A DNA stretch of 50,215 nt from Gemmatimonadaceae bacterium (GCA_033763905.1 JANRJP010000079.1:1-50215); one strand, 5' to 3'; shown: positions 1-9,827, counted from the first letter of the stretch. A program made the numbers and translations. The notes: generated from the sequence alone by a model not told the origin.

Positions 1-908
1 AGGTACACCACGGCGCCCTCGGCGAGGTGAGCACTTTCCATATTGCCGCCGTAGGAACCCGCATCGCGCGAGCTCGGCGTGAACTGCTGGCTTGGCGCGA
101 CGGCCACCACGCCAAGAAACGGCCGGAGTGGTACGCGCCAATCCTTCAGCGCCGGGGTCGGCGTCGTGAGCCGCGCCGTGGCGGTGGCGGTGTCGAGCGT
201 CCACTTGTTGTCGGTGTTCGCATACTTGCGGTCGCGGGCGTATCCCTGATCGACGGCCTGATCGATGAGTTCCGTCCCACTGAAGGCCCAGGTGCGATTG
301 AGTCGCACGCGGTGCAAGCGAAGCACCAGCACATCGCCCGGGACAGCGCCTTCGACGTAGAACGGCCCAACGAGCGGGTTGCCGCCGGGTGACGGTCGAT
401 TGCCACGTTCGCCGAAGGCTCCGGTGCTCCAGCCGCCGGCATCCAACGTTGACGTGCGCACCGTGTCGCCGGGGGCGACGCGCAGCACGGGCCGCACCGT
501 CGCGCTCACGCCGCGCTCCCACGATGTCGGTGTGAACTCGAAGCGACGAGGCACGGCCGGTCGCCGGAACCGCGTCCCGCGCCAGGCGGACGAGTCTGGA
601 TCCACGCCCAACCATCCTGTCAGCGTGTCCCCCCGCAGCGCCGCGCGCCAGCGATAACTGCCCACGCGAAACTCGACGCGGGACCCCAGCACGCGACCGG
701 TGAGCTCCTGTCCATACACGCGACCACGCAGCGTATCGCCAACGAGCTGCAGCACCACCCGCTGCGGCTGCGCGTCGCCTGTCATCTCGAAGATCCACTC
801 ACCGGCGATGCCGGCGTCGGTGGCGGCCGTCTGCGCAGCGGATGCCGTCGCGGCACCGGCGAGTGCGAGCAACATACCGAGCGATTGACGAACGATCCGT
901 GCGCGCAT
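1..908 (-). CDS. Acetamidase/formamidase family protein with signal peptide (3' end outside window)
   Basis: Not in ORF track; hand translation from ATG 908 gives MRARIVRQSLGMLLALAGAATASAAQ (signal-like), then RVAPGDTVRTSTLDAGG, NPLVGPFYVEGAVPGDVL, LRPFLGVVAVAP and YGGNMES motifs typical of the family; open to window edge. Confidence 0.85.
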   Translation of the reverse strand, partial: MRARIVRQSLGMLLALAGAATASAAQTAATDAGIAGEWIFEMTGDAQPQRVVLQLVGDTLRGRVYGQELTGRVLGSRVEFRVGSYRWRAALRGDTLTGWLGVDPDSSAWRGTRFRRPAVPRRFEFTPTSWERGVSATVRPVLRVAPGDTVRTSTLDAGGWSTGAFGERGNRPSPGGNPLVGPFYVEGAVPGDVLVLRLHRVRLNRTWAFSGTELIDQAVDQGYARDRKYANTDNKWTLDTATATARLTTPTPALKDWRVPLRPFLGVVAVAPSQQFTPSSRDAGSYGGNMESAHLAEGAVVY

Positions 909-1036
909 GCGGGGGGACGGTTGGAGGGAGGTCGGCGGTCGCGTGATGCGTACGAGGGAACAGTTCGCTGTGTTGCGACTGACGGATGCAGACACCGACG
1001 ACCGTGCGCACTGCCGTTTCGCCAGCCTACCGCTGA

Positions 1037-2950
1037 CTACGTCGGCGTCGCCACCCGCTCCCAGCCCGCGGGCTCGTCCCGCAGCCCTTCCACCTCACGC
1101 CGCGCCTCCAACAGCCGATCCACGTCATCACTGACGCGACGCGCCGATTCGATCAGCGTCGTCATCGGCGCAAGATCAGTGGTACCGGCGTGCATCTTGA
1201 GTAGGCCCAACCGCAACTGCTCCAGCGCCGACACGCTCGACGACAACTGCCGCTGGGCCGCCGCGCGACGTGAGGCCAGCGCGCCTTCGTCGTTCGCGCT
1301 CGCCGCCAGCGCCGCCACGACGTCGAGTTCGGCGCGAGCGTGTGCGGCCTGCGCCTCCAGCGCGGTCACCACCGCCGGCAACTCGTGCAACTGCGCTTGG
1401 TACGCGGTGGGGAGCTGCGCGTACAGTTCTGACGCCGCCAAGCCGATCGCGGCCTCGGTCGGTCGGAACACCGCCCCGCCCACTGCACGCGAGCGCTCTG
1501 GTGCACCGAGCTTCTTCGCGAGCCACTGCCCCACTCGGCTGTTCCACAGCCGCTCGCGCAGACCCGCCTGCCACGCGCGTCGCACACCGTCGGGAATGAA
1601 CTGCACATCCAGCGCGTTGCTCGCGGCCATCAAGACCAGCGTGGTGAGGAGCGGCACCAGCACGAACATCACACCCAACTGCCGCTCGTGCGTGACACCC
1701 GAGAGCACCAGGGCAAATGTGGTGGCTAGCCACGTGCCCGCGGCCACTGTCGCGAGCCGGAGCGGTCGGTGCCCGCGGGGTTCGTGCTCGGCGCGCGTCA
1801 GCGCCTCGGTCGCGTCCCGTTCGCGTCGGGCGACGGCGAGCGCTTCCCGCAGGTCGGCGAGCGTGTATCCGGCGCGAAACTGCCGATAGGCCTGATTCAC
1901 GTGGAACCCGACGATCGGCACCAACGGCATCGATGTGATGCCTGCCAGAAGCACGATGTCCGCCGGCCCTTCGGGTCGATTGCCGGTCACCCACGAAATC
2001 AGGTTGGCTGTGGTCAGCGTGCCGAAGAGGCCGAACCACGCGAGGTAGGGCGCGAGCATCGGATTGCGCGCCTCAAGCCACGCGCGCAGCGCCGGTGGCA
2101 GTGCCGGGCGGGCCTGTGACGCCGGGGCGAGCGCGGCGGCGACGGCTTCGCCGTCCGCGAACCGGCGCGCGGGCTCGGGGAGCAAGCAGCGGTCGATCGT
2201 CGCGATCAGCGCCGGCGACAACCCCGGCGCGGCGGCCGCGACGCTGAGGGCCGGCCGCGACGCATCCGCAGGCAGTGCGCGCAGCCGTGTGCCGAGGGTC
2301 TCCGCGGGCAGCCGGCCGCTTGCGGCGAGATATCCCACCACCCCCAAAGCGTAGATGTCACTCCGGCCATCGATCGGCACGCCGGCCGCCTGCTCGGGGC
2401 TCATAAAGTGCGCCGTGCCGGCCACACCCGCGATACCCGACTCACCACCGGCCTGCGCGATCCCGAAGTCCGTCACGATCGCGCGACCCGTCGCGGCATC
2501 GAGCAGAATGTTGTCGGGCTTGATGTCCTTGTGCACGATGCCGCGCCCGTGCGCGTACGCGAGTGCCCACGCGACCTCGCGCATCAGCCGCGTCGTCTCG
2601 TCGGCCGACAGCGGCCCCCGAGTGCGCAAGCGCTCGCCCAGAGTTTCGCCTTCGATGTAGGTCATCACGAAGAAGACGAAGCCGTCCGCTTCTCCCACGC
2701 GATGGATCGGGACGATGTGCGGGTGCGACAGTCCCGCCGCCAGTCTCGCCTCGCGAAGGAAGCGTTGCCGGGCGTCGGGGTCCGCGGCGTGCGTGGTCGG
2801 CAACACCTTGATCGCGACATCACGTTCCAACGCGATATCGCGCGCGAGGTACACAATGCCCATCCCACCCCGCCCGAGTTCGCGCTGGACGAAATACTCG
2901 CCCGCGAGGGCGGTCTGCAGTGCGATCAGTTCGGCGTCGGGAGGGGTCAT
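1037..2950 (-). CDS. Hanks-type Ser/Thr protein kinase with C-terminal transmembrane segments and coiled coil
   Basis: LGRGGMGIVY, VAIKVL, HKDIKPDN, DFG, GTAHFMSPE motifs; four hydrophobic segments in C-terminal half. Confidence 0.93.
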   Translation of the reverse strand: MTPPDAELIALQTALAGEYFVQRELGRGGMGIVYLARDIALERDVAIKVLPTTHAADPDARQRFLREARLAAGLSHPHIVPIHRVGEADGFVFFVMTYIEGETLGERLRTRGPLSADETTRLMREVAWALAYAHGRGIVHKDIKPDNILLDAATGRAIVTDFGIAQAGGESGIAGVAGTAHFMSPEQAAGVPIDGRSDIYALGVVGYLAASGRLPAETLGTRLRALPADASRPALSVAAAAPGLSPALIATIDRCLLPEPARRFADGEAVAAALAPASQARPALPPALRAWLEARNPMLAPYLAWFGLFGTLTTANLISWVTGNRPEGPADIVLLAGITSMPLVPIVGFHVNQAYRQFRAGYTLADLREALAVARRERDATEALTRAEHEPRGHRPLRLATVAAGTWLATTFALVLSGVTHERQLGVMFVLVPLLTTLVLMAASNALDVQFIPDGVRRAWQAGLRERLWNSRVGQWLAKKLGAPERSRAVGGAVFRPTEAAIGLAASELYAQLPTAYQAQLHELPAVVTALEAQAAHARAELDVVAALAASANDEGALASRRAAAQRQLSSSVSALEQLRLGLLKMHAGTTDLAPMTTLIESARRVSDDVDRLLEARREVEGLRDEPAGWERVATPT

Positions 2951-3002
2951 TGGCGGCTCACTGCAAAGTATCGCCGGGCCCGCGCGTCAACAGCGCCATT
3001 CG

Positions 3003-3743
3003 TCACACCGGTTCGAGGCCGGGCACGTCCGCGGCCGCATCGCGCAGTAGATCGCGCGGCCGCGGCGTGAAGCGCGTGTCGAGCACCGCGATCGCCGTGA
3101 AGCGATCCACCCGAAAGGTTCGCGTGGCCCCGCGCGCGTGGTCGTGCGAGACCACGTACCACGCTGGCCAGTTCACCAGCAGCGCGTGCGGTTCGATCAC
3201 GCGATCGCTCTGACGGCCGTCGGGCCGCACGTAGGTGGTGCGCAGCAGGCGGCACTCGGCAAACCCGCGCTCCAACGGGCGCCGCACGGCAGGCGACGTC
3301 GCCGTGTAGGTTGCCGCGACCGCTGGCGACGCCGCGCGCCCCACGATGATGCGCTCCCGCAATGGCGCGAGTCGGCGGCGGTCGTCGGCGGGAAATGCGG
3401 CGGCAAGGCGTCGACGCGCTCGGCCCAAGGCCTGGCCGAAGATGGGCAGCCCCAGTTGATCGACGACCGCCAAGGCGACGAGGATCGACAGCCCTTCGTC
3501 GGCCGCCAGCGACACCCGTCCGAGCCCCCAGCGCGGCGGCAGACGAAGGCCACCGCCCCGCCCGCGCGACGCCTCGACCGGCACGCCGCGGTCGCGCAGG
3601 TGACGGAGGTCGCGCGCCAGGGTGCGCGCACTCACGCCCAAGTCCTCCGCCAGCGCGCCGGCGGTCATGCCGGGTGCGTCGGCCAGACGGCGTGTCAGCA
3701 GGTCGAGTCGTTCGCTTCGATCGCGCGGGGCAACGGGTGGCAT
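3003..3743 (-). CDS. YafY-family HTH-WYL transcriptional regulator
   Basis: HTH_11 (LAEDLGVSARTLARDLRHL, GRGGGLRL); WYL domain (RVIEPHALL...WYVVS...RTFRVDR). Confidence 0.92.
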   Translation of the reverse strand: MPPVAPRDRSERLDLLTRRLADAPGMTAGALAEDLGVSARTLARDLRHLRDRGVPVEASRGRGGGLRLPPRWGLGRVSLAADEGLSILVALAVVDQLGLPIFGQALGRARRRLAAAFPADDRRRLAPLRERIIVGRAASPAVAATYTATSPAVRRPLERGFAECRLLRTTYVRPDGRQSDRVIEPHALLVNWPAWYVVSHDHARGATRTFRVDRFTAIAVLDTRFTPRPRDLLRDAAADVPGLEPV

Positions 3744-3748
3744 CCAAC

Positions 3749-3773
3749 AAATATGTCATTTCGCGTCGTATTT
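3749..3773. promoter_or_regulatory. Imperfect inverted repeat, candidate operator of the WYL regulator
   Basis: AAATATGTCA-N5-CGTCGTATTT (7/10 symmetric), AT-rich patch in the 69-bp divergent gap. Confidence 0.5.
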
Positions 3774-3812
3774 GCGCGTAGGCTCTGCTCATCCTTCAAC
3801 CGGAGTGGTGCG

Positions 3813-4163
3813 GTGCACAACCAGCAGACGTACATCGAATGGGTGCCGTTTCTCGTGGCGCCTGACGTGTCGACCGACGCGGTCCTCGCGGCCGCCGACA
3901 CCCTGCAACGCGAGTTTCTCTCGAGCGCGCCGGGGTGCCTGCGCCGGACGCTGTGGCAGCGCGCCGATGGCGGCTACGTCGACTGTGTGGAGTGGCGCTC
4001 TCGCGCGGACTACGAGTCGGCGATGGCGGCCGCGATGGCGCACCCGGCGGCGCAGCAATTCTTCGCGCTGCTCGCCGATCCCGACGCCGCCGCGCGAGAG
4101 ACGCAGCATTTCACCGCGCTGGCGCGCTGGACATCGTCGCCGGACTCGGGCACGATCCCCTGA
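3813..4163 (+). CDS. Small ABM-like (dimeric alpha-beta barrel) protein
   Basis: GTG start after GGAG; FLSSAPGCLRRTLW...YVDCVEWRSRADY pattern resembles antibiotic-biosynthesis-monooxygenase fold; C-terminal part of ORF 3138..4163. Confidence 0.7.
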   Translation: MHNQQTYIEWVPFLVAPDVSTDAVLAAADTLQREFLSSAPGCLRRTLWQRADGGYVDCVEWRSRADYESAMAAAMAHPAAQQFFALLADPDAAARETQHFTALARWTSSPDSGTIP

Positions 4164-4435
4164 TGTTTCGTGTGCGCTTTCGCGCGGCGATCTGGCGCTA
4201 CGAGGGCAAGGGCGGCTGGTACTTCGTGACCGTGCCTGCCGACCGCGCGCCCTCAACCCGTGGCGGCTGGGGGCGCAGCGCTGTGCGCGCGATCGTCGGC
4301 GGCGTGGCGTGGAGCACGTCCGTCTGGCGCGGCAAGGACGGCCGCACGCTCTTGCCGTTGCCGAAGCGCATTCGGGACCTCGATCCTGACCGCTACCGGG
4401 TGGGAGCCCGCATCACGGTGGACCTGGAGTTCTAA
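4163..4435 (+). CDS. DUF1905 family protein
   Basis: TGATG overlap with upstream stop; FRAAIW...GGWYFVTVP...WGRSAVRAIVGGVAWSTSVW...LLPLPKRIR. Confidence 0.8.
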   Translation: MFRVRFRAAIWRYEGKGGWYFVTVPADRAPSTRGGWGRSAVRAIVGGVAWSTSVWRGKDGRTLLPLPKRIRDLDPDRYRVGARITVDLEF

Positions 4436-4539
4436 ATCAGCCGTCCTGACTGTCACTCAGGTGGCAGAATCGTCATATCCTACCACCGTTCGCCGCTCTG
4501 GGAATTACGAAGCGTCGCATCTGGCGACACTGTTCGCCT

Positions 4540-5622
4540 ATGCTACAGCGGAGCCAGTCCCGGTCCACGGCCAAGCCTCGGCGCGTTCGACTCGTCCTTC
4601 GCGACGGGGCGGAGGTGGACGGCGGGGTATTCCTCGGACCGGGACAGGCGCTCGCGCCGTATCTGAGCTCACGCAAGAGCGGCTGGGTCAACCTCATCAG
4701 CGCCACGTGGAGCGACTCCCCCGACGAGTCGAGCCACGCCGTCCTGCAGGCCGATCAACTGCTGGTAGCGATCCCGCTGGATCCCGAAGTGCCCGTCCTC
4801 AGCGGCACCACCGCGCTCACGATGCGCGGCGTGGAACTGCGTCTCGAAGACGGGCGTCGGCTGCGCGGCAAACTGCACTTGGGCGATCGGCAACGCCTGG
4901 CCGACTACCTGCACGCCGTCGGCAAGTTCATTCCGCTCACCGAAGCGGCGTTCACCGACGACCCCTCACCGCTCGGCGACGTCGCGCTCAACGCGCAGGC
5001 GGTGCGCGTGTTGCGCGACCTCACCTCGCGTGCGGCAGAAGAACCCGACGAGCTCGTCGACGACGACGCCGCACCGGTGCGCCGCTCGTCGGGCGCCACG
5101 CCGATCGTGACGCCGGCCTTGAGCCTGCTGAGCGACGCCGATGCCGCCAAAGCCGAGCGACTCGCCCAGCACTGGCTGTCGCGCTTGTCGGCGCGCTTCC
5201 GTTTGTTGCCGGCGGACCCGCGTCGCCTCGCCGAGCACCCGGGCACCGCGGAGCTGTGGTCGGCCATCGCACACGCGAACAGCGTCGACGAGTCGACCTT
5301 CGCGTCGAGCGTTGCTGCCGCCCTGCGCCTGCCGCTGGCCGATCTCGCGCGGTCGTCGCCGGCCGCAGCTACGCTCATTCCCGGGCGCGTCGCGCGGCGA
5401 CACCTGCTGCTGCCGATTCACGCCGATGCGCGCTCGGTGCACATCGCGACCTGCGATCCCTCGGATCTCGACGCCGAGCAGGCGATTCGCGCGCTCATTC
5501 AGCGGCAGGTGCAGTGGCACGTCGCGCCGCCCTCGGCGCTGCGTCCGTTGATCGAGGCGCGGTATCCCGCGGATCGGCCGACGGGTTCGGTGGCGGCGCC
5601 GCTCGTTCGATCGCTCCTGTAG
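4540..5622 (+). CDS. Tandem DUF6812-like domains fused to a GspE/PilB N-terminal (T2SSE_N) domain, no ATPase domain
   Basis: Two similar beta-rich units (second: LRGKLHLGDRQRLADYLHAVGKFIPLTEA); C-terminal IPGRVARRHLLLPI...IATCDPSDLDAEQAIRAL...LIEARY; no Walker A. Confidence 0.7.
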   Translation: MLQRSQSRSTAKPRRVRLVLRDGAEVDGGVFLGPGQALAPYLSSRKSGWVNLISATWSDSPDESSHAVLQADQLLVAIPLDPEVPVLSGTTALTMRGVELRLEDGRRLRGKLHLGDRQRLADYLHAVGKFIPLTEAAFTDDPSPLGDVALNAQAVRVLRDLTSRAAEEPDELVDDDAAPVRRSSGATPIVTPALSLLSDADAAKAERLAQHWLSRLSARFRLLPADPRRLAEHPGTAELWSAIAHANSVDESTFASSVAAALRLPLADLARSSPAAATLIPGRVARRHLLLPIHADARSVHIATCDPSDLDAEQAIRALIQRQVQWHVAPPSALRPLIEARYPADRPTGSVAAPLVRSLL

Positions 5623-5666
5623 CGCTGCTCAGGCGTCGCGGCACGAGATACCCGACGCGACCCGCG

Positions 5667-6173
5667 CTACCGTCCCGGCACCGTCACCGTTCCAAGCGAG
5701 AGCGCCGCAGTCGGTTCGACCATATAGGCGTCGGGGAACACGGCCACGTGCACCGCACCCGGCGCCACGGCCGTCAGCACGACGTCCCAGTTCATCGTGG
5801 TCTGTGTGGGCACCAGTACGCAGATCTCGCCAGCGCCGAGATCGCACAGTCGGCGTGAGAACGTGAGCGCCAGCGTGTCGCCCCGCCACGACGGACGCAG
5901 GACATAGCTGTCACCGCGATTCGGCGTCACATACCGGCCGGCGACGAACATCGAATCCGCGCGCGCGCTCGCCGAGAAATCGGACGCGGTCAGCGCGAGG
6001 CCGCTACTATCGACCCGCTCGCGGAAGCGAATGCCCGGAGCGCGGCGAGCGGCCGGCGCGGTGGGGGCGGCCGACGGACTCGTCGCCGTCTCAGCGCACG
6101 CACCAATCGCAAGCAGGACCAGCAAGCGGAATCGCCGCATCATCTTCGCAGTCTCAGAGCGCATCTCGGTCAT
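5667..6173 (-). CDS. Putative lipoprotein
   Basis: RRFRLLVLLAIGAC lipobox; first ATG abuts the stop of the upstream large gene; true start may be ~6141. Confidence 0.7.
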   Translation of the reverse strand: MTEMRSETAKMMRRFRLLVLLAIGACAETATSPSAAPTAPAARRAPGIRFRERVDSSGLALTASDFSASARADSMFVAGRYVTPNRGDSYVLRPSWRGDTLALTFSRRLCDLGAGEICVLVPTQTTMNWDVVLTAVAPGAVHVAVFPDAYMVEPTAALSLGTVTVPGR

Positions 6174-9100
6174 CTATCGCGTCACTCGCCACAGCCGCGC
6201 ACGACCCGGCACTCGCCGAATCGGAACGGCCGCCTCCACGCGCCCCTCCACGATGGGCCGCCGCGACGTCGCGCCGTCGGCACGGAGCATCGGCGTCGGG
6301 ATCACGAACGGATCAGCGCCAGACTCCGCCACCACGAATCCCAGATCCTCGAGGGCGCCGACCGTCACGCGACTCAGCGGCAACGAACCGGAGCTCAGAA
6401 ACCCGGTCATCACTTCCGGCCCGAACGCCGACTCGCGCCAGTGCACGTTGGCCGTCGCACAGGAGCCGCCGGCTTCCACGGGAACTTCCCGCCCGGCCAG
6501 ACCGGTCATCTGTGCGTAGCGCGCCATCGCGCCCACGCCGCGATATCGAACATCGCGTCCATCCTGATTGCACAGTGGGGCGGTGGCAGGGTTCACCACC
6601 AGATCCAGCGCACTCCAGAACGTTCCGAGACCCAGCACGTGTCCGAGTTCGTGCAGGGCCAACGGTGCCAACGCACCGTCGGCGGCCAATGACGCCACAT
6701 CGTCGGCGTCGATCTCGATCCCGCCGAGCACGGTGAATGCACCAACCGCGGGCGCTCCGCCAAGCCCGCCCGCGCGATAGTAGCACGGGCCGGCCCGGCC
6801 GAGCAGGCCGCCGGGCCCATCGATCGACACCGCGCGGACCAACACGCGGACATCGTCGATGCTGTAGCTGCCGGCGGTCACGGCCGAGCCCACGCAGGTC
6901 GACGACGGCAGCGCGACCGTGACATCAGGCAGATCCCCGACGATAACGCCGCGCCAACGCGACACGGCATCGGTGATGGCGGTGCGGACGCTGAGCGGGA
7001 CGCCCGAATCGAACACGACGTCGATCGACAGGCTACTGGGCGCGGCGGCCCCCGTACCACCACCCACGCGTCGCGGTTCGTACGCCGCGACACGCGACCC
7101 GTCGCCGAGTTGCCCGTCGAGGTTGGCCCCCCAGCACCACACCGCATCCGAGGGATCCGTCGCGCAACTATGGGCCAAGCCGGTGGCGATCGCGGTGGCC
7201 GGCACCGTGAGGAGCGCCGGGACGAGCAAACTTGCGTCGAGGCCATCGCCAGAACCGAGTTGCCCCGCGTCGCCGCGACCGACGCAGGCCACGATGCCAG
7301 TCGTCCGCAGCACGCACGAGTGCTGTCCGCCGGCAGCGGCTCGCGTGTGCCGCAGTCCGAGAGCAACCCACGCCGCCTGCGGCGATGACTGGATTCCGCC
7401 AGGGCTGCCGGTCCCGAGCTGTCCGCTGGTGTTGGCACCCCAGCACAGCACGCTCCCGTCGGCGGTCGTTCCACAGGTATGCACAAGCCCGGCCGTCATC
7501 GTGACGAACGGCACGCCCCCGGTCACCACGGTCGGCGACAGTCGATCCATCGTCGTCCCATCGCCGAGTTGTCCGGCGGCGTTGTCACCCCAGCACCACG
7601 TCCCGCCTGAGGTCGCGATGCCGCAGGTGTGCTTGGCGCCTGCGGCCAGATAGAAGAAGCGAAGCGTCTCGGTGACCGCCACCGGCGTCGGACGCGTGAT
7701 CGTCGTGCCATCGCCCACTTCGCCATCGCCGTTGCTGCCCCAGCAGTACGCGCGACCGTCAGCCACCAGACCGCAGCTGTGACTGCCACCGGCGACGATC
7801 TGCACGAAACGCAAGGCCGTCGGCACGGCGGTGGCGACGCTGCGGAGCAGATAGCTGCCGTCGCCCAACTGACCGGCCGTGTTCTCGCCCCAGCAATACG
7901 CGCGCCCGTCCGCATCGAGGCCACAGGTATGCGCCGAGCCCGCCGCGACCGCGCGGAGCACCATTCCGCCCGCCAGCGGCGCCGGCACATCGCGCGTGTC
8001 GAGCGTCCCGTCGCCCAGCTGTCCGCGCGTGTTGCGTCCCCAGCATTGCGTGGCGGTCGACGTCGGAGCGTGACAGCTGTGCAAGTCGCCAAGCGCGAGG
8101 CCGACGGCGGGCGGGACACTGCCGCAGGGTACCGACACCACCACGTCGTTCAACTGACCCGCGCGCAGCGTCGTGCGCACACTCGCGGCGCCACAACTCG
8201 CGTCAGCCGGCACGACTTCGATTTCGGCGCTGCCCGTCGGCACGCCGACGATCAACACGCCGCCCTCAGTCCCTGTGGTCGCCGACTGGCCACTGGGTAG
8301 GACGCGCACCGTCGCGTTGCCCAGCCCACCGCCCCCAACGCGCACGGCCCGCACGAACGCCGAGCCCACCGCAGGCACGCCCGCGGCGCCACCGATCGTC
8401 CAGCCTGAGTACCACGGGATGTTGTTGCGCGCCGGCGCCGCCGGCTCGACCGCACCCACGAACGCGAGCGGCTGCACGAACGCGTCGGTCAGCACCAGCG
8501 ACGCCGGCTGCGCGGCCAGCGGACCACCGGCGCGCGGGCGCAGATCGGGCAGCAGCATATCCACCGCACTCAGCAGGGCGCTGGCGGTCGCACCGGGGTC
8601 GTCGAGCAGCGTGTAGTTGGCGGTGACCAGCAGCTGGTCATCACCGTTGCTCGGCCCGCAACCGGGCGCATCGCTATCGGGATCGGTCAGCCGATCCGGT
8701 TCGATCACCGTGATCGCGTGCACCGCCAACGCGCCAGCGGCGACCTGGGCGCAGGTCGCGAGATCGTCGACGTCGACGGCGGTTGAGGGCCGCACCAGTA
8801 CGACGTTGGCCAAGCGGCCCGCCGTGCCGCGTTCAAAGCGCAATGCGGCGGGTTCGGTCGTGCCGAACGGATTCCCCGCCGCTGCGGGGGCAATCACGGT
8901 GAGTTGCGAAATCGCGGGATTGGACACTGGTTGCGCGTTGGCATCCTCGCCAGCGAGCGCGGCATTCTGCCCAAGGATACCGCCGGCATTCGCGCCGCCA
9001 TCCTGCTGGACAATCAACTGTTGTCCGCGGCCCACCCAGCCCGCCGCCCATCGCAGGCCATACTGCGCGCTGGCCGTGACCACGAGGCGCCGCAGATTGA

Positions 9101-9755
9101 CCGTGCCGCCCATCACCTCGAGCCCGTTCCCCGCGCTGCGATGGATCTGCAGGTCTTCGATGACGGTGCGGTTGCCGACGCCGAGCAGTTGCAGGCCGAG
9201 CGCCGCCCGCTCCACGCGGACATAGCGCAACACGCCGCTCGAGTCCTGCACGAAGCAGCCGCCGAACGCGCCGTCAGTCGCCGCGCGCTCACGGCAGCCT
9301 CCGGCGGCGCCCCGACCACCGGCCGGGCTGGTCGCTGTACCGCCGTTCACCGGCGCGTGGCCCGCAATCACCACGCCGTCCCAACACCCCGGCGCCGCCG
9401 ACGCACTCGCGCAGGTGAAGACGATGGGTTGCAGCAGCGTGCCAACCGCCATCACGCGAGCGGTGCGCGGCACGACCAGTCGCGCACCAGGTGCCGCCTC
9501 GATCCGCGTACCGGCGGCAATCGTCAGTGTCGCGCTGTCAGCGAGCGTGACTTCTCCTGCCAACTGCACTGTGCCACGCCACGTGCGCCGACCGTGGACG
9601 GTCGTCCGCGTGATCGCACGCGTCGCTACGTCGGGTCTCGGTCGCTCGATCGCTGCGCCCGCTACATCACCGACTACGCTGAGCAGGCCGACGAACGCCA
9701 GCGTCCACAGCGTCGATGTGCGACGGATCATTCGGGAGACGACAGAGAGGCGCAC
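6174..9755 (-). CDS. Large secreted multidomain protein: beta-helix-like domain, carboxypeptidase-regulatory-like domain, RCC1 repeats, leishmanolysin-like Zn metalloprotease
   Basis: Signal-like N-terminus; GCWDGVVIAG...DSSGVLRYVRVE; seven HxC...CWGxNxxGQLGDG-type repeats; HELGHVLGLG at 6639-6653 with downstream HW and EVMTG. Confidence 0.85.
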   Translation of the reverse strand: MRLSVVSRMIRRTSTLWTLAFVGLLSVVGDVAGAAIERPRPDVATRAITRTTVHGRRTWRGTVQLAGEVTLADSATLTIAAGTRIEAAPGARLVVPRTARVMAVGTLLQPIVFTCASASAAPGCWDGVVIAGHAPVNGGTATSPAGGRGAAGGCRERAATDGAFGGCFVQDSSGVLRYVRVERAALGLQLLGVGNRTVIEDLQIHRSAGNGLEVMGGTVNLRRLVVTASAQYGLRWAAGWVGRGQQLIVQQDGGANAGGILGQNAALAGEDANAQPVSNPAISQLTVIAPAAAGNPFGTTEPAALRFERGTAGRLANVVLVRPSTAVDVDDLATCAQVAAGALAVHAITVIEPDRLTDPDSDAPGCGPSNGDDQLLVTANYTLLDDPGATASALLSAVDMLLPDLRPRAGGPLAAQPASLVLTDAFVQPLAFVGAVEPAAPARNNIPWYSGWTIGGAAGVPAVGSAFVRAVRVGGGGLGNATVRVLPSGQSATTGTEGGVLIVGVPTGSAEIEVVPADASCGAASVRTTLRAGQLNDVVVSVPCGSVPPAVGLALGDLHSCHAPTSTATQCWGRNTRGQLGDGTLDTRDVPAPLAGGMVLRAVAAGSAHTCGLDADGRAYCWGENTAGQLGDGSYLLRSVATAVPTALRFVQIVAGGSHSCGLVADGRAYCWGSNGDGEVGDGTTITRPTPVAVTETLRFFYLAAGAKHTCGIATSGGTWCWGDNAAGQLGDGTTMDRLSPTVVTGGVPFVTMTAGLVHTCGTTADGSVLCWGANTSGQLGTGSPGGIQSSPQAAWVALGLRHTRAAAGGQHSCVLRTTGIVACVGRGDAGQLGSGDGLDASLLVPALLTVPATAIATGLAHSCATDPSDAVWCWGANLDGQLGDGSRVAAYEPRRVGGGTGAAAPSSLSIDVVFDSGVPLSVRTAITDAVSRWRGVIVGDLPDVTVALPSSTCVGSAVTAGSYSIDDVRVLVRAVSIDGPGGLLGRAGPCYYRAGGLGGAPAVGAFTVLGGIEIDADDVASLAADGALAPLALHELGHVLGLGTFWSALDLVVNPATAPLCNQDGRDVRYRGVGAMARYAQMTGLAGREVPVEAGGSCATANVHWRESAFGPEVMTGFLSSGSLPLSRVTVGALEDLGFVVAESGADPFVIPTPMLRADGATSRRPIVEGRVEAAVPIRRVPGRARLWRVTR

Positions 9756-9827
9756 GACGAAGAATCATCCACTCGCCGGCGCGCATTCCCGCACGAACTT
9801 GAGACCGCATTGCGTAACGACCCGGTG

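Noticed and set aside
3003..3743. WYL gene as marker of an anti-phage defence island
   Set aside because: Short YafY type with no nuclease, helicase, toxin or other defence gene nearby
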